Source: a virus. Taken from it: a DNA stretch of 64,000 nt. Position numbers and translations under genes: made by a program. Each line of letters starts with the position of its first letter. Position 1 is the first letter of the stretch. Where the stretch lies: IMG/VR virus record IMGVR_UViG_3300029982_000012; one strand, written 5' to 3'. Shown here piece by piece: positions 57,460-64,000 of the stretch. The notes under the pieces are model-generated. The model did not search any database. It had not been told where the DNA came from and saw nothing but the letters and a program-made list of their open reading frames with translations.

Positions 57460-57674
57460 CGTAAGCGGAGTGGAAAGCTGTGGGGACCGGACTTGGTTGA
57501 AATGACTACCAAGCCTAGCCTACTAGAGACACTCTCAGACAGCCAGACCTTTTACGGCGACGAGCAGAGCCATGATTGAAGAATCAGCGAAGTGACACTC
57601 GACGTGCTGAAGCCATACTTAACTTGAGTATGCTAGAAAATAAGGTTGCCAGAGTCGCGTCTGGCCTTACGCTA
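57460..57674 (+). ncRNA. ~215-nt structured RNA with tRNA-like acceptor/T-arm closure
   Basis: GC-richer ORF-free gap; terminal CGTAAG/CTTACG helix stacked on GCCAGA-GTCGCG-TCTGGC; several internal helices. Confidence 0.65.
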
Positions 57675-57690
57675 AAATTAGGAGTCCGCC

Positions 57691-58596
57691 ATGATACAGG
57701 TTGATAGACCAGCACCAGAGAAACGCAAAATCAGTAGTAAAGACGATTTCGAATTATGTTACTTAAGACATCAGTATCTTCGTAAAGCTAAGGGCAATCC
57801 TAGTATTGAAGAGATGGCTCCTTACATGAAAATTGTTGAGAATCTCTCAAGAAAAACTTTCTTTACCTATTACAATCTGTTTAAAACCGTTGGGATGTAT
57901 CTAGATGACGTAACAAGCATTGGCCAAGTTCATTTGGTTTCTTTTTTAAATCTATTTACATTAGAAAAAATGGAAGAGAAAAACGATGAATGGATTGAAA
58001 AATGGCTGTTAAGACATGAAGGCAATCCTCCTGAACCTAAAGATTTCTTACAACAAAACAGGGCAAATTTTTCTATTTTTTATAAACAAAGAATGGAAGA
58101 TCTAGTAAGGATTTGTAAGAAAAAATTAAGAAATATTAAGGGTCAGTCATCAGAGGAATATTTGGCTTTTACAGGCAATTCTGAACTTCCACGATATCCA
58201 ACAAAATTAATTAAGAATTATGCGGATTATGGATTCAAAAAAATCGATTTTCCAACATTCAAATCAATTAGAAAAAAAGCGAATGTAAAAAACAGTGTAA
58301 CAGCCTTTCAATTCGATGAGTCCTGGTACATATGTTTTCCAATACAACAAAGGGATCTACAAATTGAAGATTTAATCGTTTCTGATGTCAATCCTTATTG
58401 TAATCTCTACAATAAACGCCCAGATCAGGTTTATAATGCCGATGAACTTCAAAAGTTCATGAATAGATTTGACAATAAGCCTAATGATAAAAAGGCGCTT
58501 ATTTTGAAGAAATTCATTGCAAAAAATAGAAATAAGAGCGAATATAGAAAAGAAGTGTCTACAGCCAAAAAACTTCTAAAATCAATCGGGGCGTAA
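57691..58596 (+). CDS. Hypothetical basic protein
   Basis: AGGAG SD; 301 aa. Confidence 0.7.
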   Translation: MIQVDRPAPEKRKISSKDDFELCYLRHQYLRKAKGNPSIEEMAPYMKIVENLSRKTFFTYYNLFKTVGMYLDDVTSIGQVHLVSFLNLFTLEKMEEKNDEWIEKWLLRHEGNPPEPKDFLQQNRANFSIFYKQRMEDLVRICKKKLRNIKGQSSEEYLAFTGNSELPRYPTKLIKNYADYGFKKIDFPTFKSIRKKANVKNSVTAFQFDESWYICFPIQQRDLQIEDLIVSDVNPYCNLYNKRPDQVYNADELQKFMNRFDNKPNDKKALILKKFIAKNRNKSEYRKEVSTAKKLLKSIGA

Positions 58597-58597
58597 C

Positions 58598-59152
58598 GTG
58601 GAAGACGAAAAATTCTCAATAGAAGATATAATGCTAGCATGGAAGGAAAAGTATGGAGTTAACCGTACTTCTGAACGTGGCAAGCAATATACAGAAGTTT
58701 CAAGAACTGATCGAGAAGAACATTTCCACTATCTCTATTCTACTCTAATAGCATACGGATATACCCCTAAAGAAATTATTAAACCCCATGTATGCTTTTT
58801 CCTTGCCGAACTGTGTTGGTCAGAGGAAATTCAAAAACTTTCAAAAACTATAGTCGAAAGAAAACGAAAAGAAGAAATTAAGACCTGGAAAGGCATTGTT
58901 TTAGAAAAACAGATTAATTTCAGTGAAAATGCTCCTCCCAAGAAAATAGAGAAGCTATCTCCATCACTTACGGGAGGGTACAGGAATCCAGAAGAAGATA
59001 TCCCAGATTTGGAAGTAGCTCTTAAGCCAGTAAAATATATTGATGACGATCCAAAATACGATACATCTGATTTAGAGCCAATGCAAGTTAACGAAGATTT
59101 ATTGGCAGAATTAAATGCTATCAAGACAACTTTTAGGAACAGCAATGAGTAA
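58598..59152 (+). CDS. Hypothetical protein upstream of helicase
   Basis: Coupled ORF. Confidence 0.65.
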   Translation: MEDEKFSIEDIMLAWKEKYGVNRTSERGKQYTEVSRTDREEHFHYLYSTLIAYGYTPKEIIKPHVCFFLAELCWSEEIQKLSKTIVERKRKEEIKTWKGIVLEKQINFSENAPPKKIEKLSPSLTGGYRNPEEDIPDLEVALKPVKYIDDDPKYDTSDLEPMQVNEDLLAELNAIKTTFRNSNE

Positions 59153-60287
59153 AGAGTTAGACGATTTTGATAAAAAACTAGTAATGGATAAGGAAAACGA
59201 TGAACGCAAAAAGAACGTTCAGGCGAAAGCCCTTATTTTACAAGAACATAGAGTTGAACGAGATCTCAATATTTTACAGCAAAATAAAGAAGAACTCGAA
59301 AAAGGTAAGAATGTAGATTTTTCGCACCTATCCAAAGAATATGTTGAGGGATTGATAAGTTCTAGTAATGAGTATATTGAGGCTGCAAAAAAATCTATGT
59401 CATTTATGAATGATAGTTTTAGAAAGATAGTCCCTTTTTTTAGAAAAAATCTTATTTTGATTGGAGCAGATACAGGAGACGGTAAATCAACAGCGGTAGC
59501 AAATATTATTTACTCTACTGTTACCAATATCAATCCAGCTACAGGAAAGCCAGGAAGAGTCCTTGTTCTATCTAACGAGGAAGCCCCAGAAGACTTCTAC
59601 AATCGTATTACGGCAGTACATTTAGGGTTAAAGTACACCAATCACAATGAAATTACAGGCGAAGAAAAAGATCAGTACGCTAAATTCATTCCACTTTGGT
59701 GTAAGAATGACACCCTATCCATTATCGGAGATACTTATCAGGGAATCTCTGGATGGACAACAACTCTTGAAGGTATCGAGAGAATCTTTACGAGTTTACT
59801 CGAAAGCGGTAACCCTCCAGATGTAGTTATTCTTGATTATTACCAAAACGTAAAGGTATCTAGGAATAATACCGATTTAGATCAGTACAAAGTTCAGGCA
59901 ATGTTTGCCGCATTTCTAGATAAAATGAAGTTAGTTTATCCAGGCCCGATTGTCGTAATGGCTCAAATGAAACGATTAGTTAACGAAGAAGATACTACCC
60001 CATTCAACGTGCGATTAAAGGGAAGCAAAGAAATATGCGATAAGGCCACTTTCATTGCTGAAATTTCTCCAGAGCGTGCTTATTTGAGAAGTAAATGGAA
60101 AGTGTGGAAGAGCCGATTTAATGATTCTGTAGGCGAAACTATTTATGTAGGATATGAACGTGGTAAGTTCGTTAAATACGACGAAAAATTTCAATTAAGA
60201 GTGGCCAAAATAGTACAAGAAAATTTAGAGAAGAAATACAAAAGTGACATAGGCTTGCCTAAAAAAGACGAAAAGAGTGAAGAATAA
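59145..60287 (+). CDS. DnaB-like (SF4) replicative helicase
   Basis: LILIGADTGDGKST, LSNEE, VILDYYQ, VMAQ, KGS..I...A, KSRF. Confidence 0.85.
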   Translation: MSKELDDFDKKLVMDKENDERKKNVQAKALILQEHRVERDLNILQQNKEELEKGKNVDFSHLSKEYVEGLISSSNEYIEAAKKSMSFMNDSFRKIVPFFRKNLILIGADTGDGKSTAVANIIYSTVTNINPATGKPGRVLVLSNEEAPEDFYNRITAVHLGLKYTNHNEITGEEKDQYAKFIPLWCKNDTLSIIGDTYQGISGWTTTLEGIERIFTSLLESGNPPDVVILDYYQNVKVSRNNTDLDQYKVQAMFAAFLDKMKLVYPGPIVVMAQMKRLVNEEDTTPFNVRLKGSKEICDKATFIAEISPERAYLRSKWKVWKSRFNDSVGETIYVGYERGKFVKYDEKFQLRVAKIVQENLEKKYKSDIGLPKKDEKSEE

Positions 60288-60454
60288 TGTGTGTTGTGTG
60301 CGTGTTATGGGAAAAAGAGAAATTAACGAATAAAGAGGCATTGTCCGCTTTATTTGAAATGGTTGAAAACAAAGATGTAAGCGATCAACATATTGAAGAA
60401 GTTTACATTAAAATAAGTGAAAAAGAGGAGAAAGAAAATGGAATACAAGACTAG
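60287..60454 (+). CDS. 55-aa hypothetical protein (below cutoff)
   Basis: TAATG coupling; MCVVCVLWEKEKLTNKEA... Confidence 0.55.
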   Translation: MCVVCVLWEKEKLTNKEALSALFEMVENKDVSDQHIEEVYIKISEKEEKENGIQD

Positions 60455-60836
60455 ACAGGAATTAAATGAATTGTCACTAAAAGCTTTTGGGGCATCTTCG
60501 CGTTGGCAGAAGTTTGTCAATAGGGGGGTACCACAACTTTACGAACGCGATCGTGAAGTGGTCTTGGCCGACCAAATGGGTAAATTAGGAAAGAAAGTAT
60601 TTACAGATCAAAAAGTTGTAATTCATCGTTTTACCGTTGAAGAAGTTAAAAAGCATATGATGCAAATATTGGAAGATAGACATACACGAGAAAAACTTCA
60701 GAAAGAAATTGCAGAACAACAAGCCTTAGAAGCAACACAGAAAGATTTAGAGGCAGCATCAAAAGATAGCGCTGGGCAGAAGTTAATAGTGGATCCAACT
60801 ACATTTACTGCTTTACAAGAATTAGCTAAAAAATAA
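60438..60836 (+). CDS. Hypothetical protein
   Basis: GAGGAG SD before ATG 60438. Confidence 0.7.
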   Translation: MEYKTRQELNELSLKAFGASSRWQKFVNRGVPQLYERDREVVLADQMGKLGKKVFTDQKVVIHRFTVEEVKKHMMQILEDRHTREKLQKEIAEQQALEATQKDLEAASKDSAGQKLIVDPTTFTALQELAKK

Positions 60837-60838
60837 GT

Positions 60839-61699
60839 ATGAATGAAAAGACACAAGATTTTTTTAAATTGCTATTTAATGCAAATGAAAAAGTTTGTGT
60901 CCAGAATTCTCTTTATGCGACCGAGCCAGTTCCATTAGAAGAAGTGTTGGGGGGTAAGGTTACACTTATCCCCAAGGATCCTAAATACACCAAAATCGTA
61001 AATAGCGATAAGTTAATAATGGTAGCTCTAAATCCAATGAAAGGATTTAGGTGCGATGAAGGTGTGGATAAATTTAGATCCTTTTTGGTTGAATTAGATG
61101 TTGGCACCCTAAAAGAGCAGATCAACACGATCAATCACCTAAAAATGCCTTTTACGGCCCAAGTATTTAGTGGAAATAAGTCTATCCATACCGTAATTAC
61201 CCTAGACGAGGATCTAAAGGATAGGACTCAATATGGTTTGATTGCGCAATGGATCTTTGCTATAATAACTACTGCTGATAAGGCTTGTGCCAATCCATCT
61301 AGGTGTGTTAGGATCCCAGAAGTATTCCGAGAACCGGGTAAAAGGCAAAGACTGGTTCGATTAAAGAAAAGGGTAAGTCACAAAGAACTCTTCGCTTGGC
61401 TTCATAAATGGCCTCACTTATCCCCTAAGTTAAAAACTAAGAGGGCTATTCCTGAAGGCGAGGGTGACTACGACAAACTTTCTACATGGGCTAAATACCA
61501 ACTCAAGAACGGTATAGTTTTTAAGAACGGGCGTAATCAGACTTGGTTCGCTTTGGCCTACGATTTTGCTTTAGCTGGGTACTCAGAAGACGACGCTACT
61601 GCCGAATTAAGCAAATATTATCAAGAAGAAAGAGATTTTAAGGAAAAAGAATGGTTAAGCGCTATAGCAAGCGCATTTAAAAGCATTGATAAAAAATAA
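60839..61699 (+). CDS. AEP-type primase with PriCT-like C-terminus
   Basis: LVELD, FSGNKSIH, D.A..NPSR..RIP, GRNQ..F.LA. Confidence 0.8.
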   Translation: MNEKTQDFFKLLFNANEKVCVQNSLYATEPVPLEEVLGGKVTLIPKDPKYTKIVNSDKLIMVALNPMKGFRCDEGVDKFRSFLVELDVGTLKEQINTINHLKMPFTAQVFSGNKSIHTVITLDEDLKDRTQYGLIAQWIFAIITTADKACANPSRCVRIPEVFREPGKRQRLVRLKKRVSHKELFAWLHKWPHLSPKLKTKRAIPEGEGDYDKLSTWAKYQLKNGIVFKNGRNQTWFALAYDFALAGYSEDDATAELSKYYQEERDFKEKEWLSAIASAFKSIDKK

Positions 61700-61701
61700 A
61701 C

Positions 61702-61730
61702 TTGCTTAAATTTTTCAAAAATGGTATATT
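61702..61730 (+). promoter_or_regulatory. Sigma70-type promoter
   Basis: TTGCTT-N17-TATATT with TG extension. Confidence 0.6.
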
Positions 61731-61752
61731 GGTACTAACTAGAGGGAAACCG

Positions 61753-62874
61753 ATGCAAGAATTGTTCACTTTCGATGATGTCCTAATTGTTCCAAAATTC
61801 TCAACGATTTCAAGTAGAAAAGACGTAGATCTACGTGTATCTACTAATCATAAGGTATTCCGTGATATCGGATGTAATTTCCCAGTAATTTCGGCTAATA
61901 TGGACACTATTACCGATGTAAAAATGGCTCATGCTATGTTAAATTACGGTGCCCAAGCATGCCTTCATAGATTTTGTACAATTGAAGAAAACGCCAAAAT
62001 GTTCGACGAAGCTATGATCATCGAGGATATGGAATGTATTTACAGGCCTATGGTTTCTGTTGGTATTGGCGACCATGAATTCGAAAGAGCTGAAGCGTTG
62101 TATTGCATGGGTGCCATTGTATTTATAGTCGATGTTGCTCACGGTGCTCAAGAAGCAGTTCTGAATCAAGTAAAAAGGTTGAGAGAACGTTTCCGAGATA
62201 ACGCTGCCATAATCGTTGGTAATTTCGCAACAGGCGAAAGCCTTAAGCCATTTTTAGGCCAAGTATCAATTGACGGATTTAAGGTAGGTATTGGTCCAGG
62301 TAGTGCGTGTACTACTCGTATTAAGACCGGTGTAGGTTATCCTCAACTATCAGCCGTGACTAGCGTAGTAAATGCTTTAGAAGGCACAGGAATCCCAACC
62401 ATTGCAGATGGGGGAATGAAGACTCCGGGAGACATCGCTAAAGCTTTGGGTGCTGGGGCTAGTCTGGTAATGCTTGGCGGAATGCTTGCTGGAACTGATG
62501 AAACGCCAGGAGATGTAGTGTATATTCATGAAGGGACTTCTGAGATGCTTACCAAAGAACAATTTGAAAATGGTATTGCTGGTGGCTATCTTAGGCCTAA
62601 CTGGAAAGCTCTAAAGAAATACCGTGGATCAGCCTCCAAAGAAGCTTACGATTCTCAAGGCAAGACCGGCACACACAGGACTACTGAAGGTGAATCCTTC
62701 CTTGTGCCATACAAAGGATCAGTAAAAGATGTTTTGGACGATATTCAGGGGGGCTTACGAAGCGCATTTTCCTATGTGGGCGCTAAAAACCTAGAAGAAT
62801 TTCACGCAAGAGTTGAATTCGTTAGAATTAGTCGTGCCACAAGAACAGAAAATGGATCGCACTGGCGCACTTAA
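61753..62874 (+). CDS. IMP dehydrogenase/GMP reductase family protein without CBS domains
   Basis: [42 protein letters not shown]. Confidence 0.92.
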   Translation: MQELFTFDDVLIVPKFSTISSRKDVDLRVSTNHKVFRDIGCNFPVISANMDTITDVKMAHAMLNYGAQACLHRFCTIEENAKMFDEAMIIEDMECIYRPMVSVGIGDHEFERAEALYCMGAIVFIVDVAHGAQEAVLNQVKRLRERFRDNAAIIVGNFATGESLKPFLGQVSIDGFKVGIGPGSACTTRIKTGVGYPQLSAVTSVVNALEGTGIPTIADGGMKTPGDIAKALGAGASLVMLGGMLAGTDETPGDVVYIHEGTSEMLTKEQFENGIAGGYLRPNWKALKKYRGSASKEAYDSQGKTGTHRTTEGESFLVPYKGSVKDVLDDIQGGLRSAFSYVGAKNLEEFHARVEFVRISRATRTENGSHWRT

Positions 62875-62882
62875 GGGATGTT

Positions 62883-63416
62883 ATGATTAGAGATGAAGAA
62901 TTAAGCCGTTTAACGAAATACGCACAAGGAATGGGCGTTAAAGTATCGTTTAGTGGTCAAAAATCGGGAGATGCCGGTGGATGGCTCTTAGACGGTTCTG
63001 AAATTCTTATTTATAAAAAACATCAAAGTTCTAAAACTGAAACCGTTATATCTCTAATACATGAGATAGCCCACCACCTATGGTTTATCCATGAAAAGAA
63101 TAGGCAACCAGATTTAAAATTCGAAGATGCCATCCATAGGCAGAATTTATTTGAAGATGAAATCTATGAAACTCCAGCCCCAAAGACTTTAAGGAAAAAG
63201 ATTTACGATGTTGAGGTAGCTGGAACCCAATATTGGGAAACCATATACAAAGAAACGAATTTAAAGTTTCCAAAATGGAAATTGTATGCGTCCATGGAAT
63301 TTGATACCTGGATGTATGAAGTTTATTATGAAACAGGAGAATTTCCGAATAGGAAAGAGAAAATAGAAAAAAATAAGGAAATCAACAATAAGCATAAAAA
63401 TGTTAAATATGAATGA
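62883..63416 (+). CDS. HExxH zincin-like metallopeptidase (ImmA/IrrE-like)
   Basis: SLIHEIAHH...EV. Confidence 0.65.
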   Translation: MIRDEELSRLTKYAQGMGVKVSFSGQKSGDAGGWLLDGSEILIYKKHQSSKTETVISLIHEIAHHLWFIHEKNRQPDLKFEDAIHRQNLFEDEIYETPAPKTLRKKIYDVEVAGTQYWETIYKETNLKFPKWKLYASMEFDTWMYEVYYETGEFPNRKEKIEKNKEINNKHKNVKYE

Positions 63417-63458
63417 AAAAGACTTGTATTTAACACAATAGCGTGCTAGTATACTATT

Positions 63459-64000
63459 ATGGCCGAAGAACATAAATTTCTTGAAATAGAATGCAAGTAT
63501 AATGGAGATGACATCAACCGCATCGCCTTTAAGGATTTGGCCAAAAGTTTAAACCCTAAAAGTTTTATCTATGTAGAATCCAAAGATGTCTACTATGTCA
63601 GACAAGAAAACGAATTTCTAAGGTATAGAATGGCCGCCGAAAATAAAATGGGTGGTGAAGACGAACATCGTTCAGAACTTACTTTTAAAAAGAAACATAT
63701 TGATCAAAACAATTGGGTTCGCACTGAAGTGAATTTGAGAATTGACAAGAATGATCCAGCATTAATCGTAGCGTTTTGCGAAGGACTTGGTTACATTAAA
63801 AATTTTAGTATCGATAAGGCCTGCGATATCTACTTCTTTGATGATGCAGACATTGTTTATTATACCGTAAAGAATGAAGATGGCAAATACGCTACATTCG
63901 TTGAGATTGAAGCCGGTGAAAATATCGGAATGACCACAGAACAAGCTTGGGAAGTCATTTTAAAGTACGAAAAACTACTTGCCCCACTCGGTATTACGGC
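63459..64000 (+). CDS. CYTH / class IV adenylate cyclase-like protein (runs off the window)
   Basis: Not in the ORF track. MAEEHKFLEIECKY...DVYY....EFLRYR...ELTFKKK...RTEVNL...LGY...FVEIE, the ExExK CYTH pattern. Confidence 0.85.
   Translation, partial: MAEEHKFLEIECKYNGDDINRIAFKDLAKSLNPKSFIYVESKDVYYVRQENEFLRYRMAAENKMGGEDEHRSELTFKKKHIDQNNWVRTEVNLRIDKNDPALIVAFCEGLGYIKNFSIDKACDIYFFDDADIVYYTVKNEDGKYATFVEIEAGENIGMTTEQAWEVILKYEKLLAPLGIT

Noticed and set aside
57460-57674. tmRNA, RNase P RNA or group I intron-containing tRNA
   Set aside because: No GGGG.../...CCACCA ends or tag ORF, and no recognisable RNase P P4 or group I P7 core by eye; kept as an unknown ncRNA.
120-63944. Many 60-160 aa ORFs antisense to or nested in longer genes (e.g. 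1724..2089, 18994..19371, 42065..42559, 44801..45214)
   Set aside because: Shadow ORFs fully overlapping well-supported genes, with no motifs or evident start signals.
1-64000. Bacterial chromosome or prophage origin, given groEL, dnaE, recA, tmk and a guaB-like gene
   Set aside because: These genes are divergent, interleaved with phage genes at phage-like density, and no integrase or host flank is visible; host identity cannot be determined from this window.

Overview
64 kb segment of a large, AT-rich, lytic-type myovirus genome (standard code 11). No CRISPR array, rRNA, integrase or IS element was seen. Left half (mostly minus strand): Herelleviridae/SPO1-Twort-like morphogenesis module with tail sheath (truncated at the window edge), neck/adaptor proteins, major capsid, scaffold, prohead protease, MuF-like protein, portal, large terminase and a GroEL-like chaperonin, interrupted by HNH endonucleases and plus-strand metabolic genes (Tmk, ThyX, C5 methyltransferase, a tRNA-Met-like gene). 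Right half (plus strand): transcription, replication and recombination genes (SF2 helicase, sigma factor, SbcCD, RuvC-like, two exonucleases, DnaE, SSB, UvsY, RecA, DnaB-like helicase, primase, IMPDH/GMPR, CYTH protein). The most notable observation is inside the head module. Several ORFs look like polyproteins punctuated by the same hydrophobic-x-K|S/A motif that sits at the capsid N-terminus (inferred prohead-protease site). One carries an mCpol-type (minimal CRISPR polymerase) nucleotide cyclase domain plus a -1 frameshift extension. Another carries an Acb1-like 2H phosphodiesterase fused to a lytic transglycosylase. I infer a virion-delivered write-and-erase kit for cyclic-nucleotide immune signals. 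Other finds: a capsid N-arm copy inside the protease, a YAATCTTA late-promoter motif, an apparently split sigma factor, a divergent GroES-like gene, and a ~215-nt tRNA-like structured RNA. All calls come from motif recognition by eye; no database search was run.
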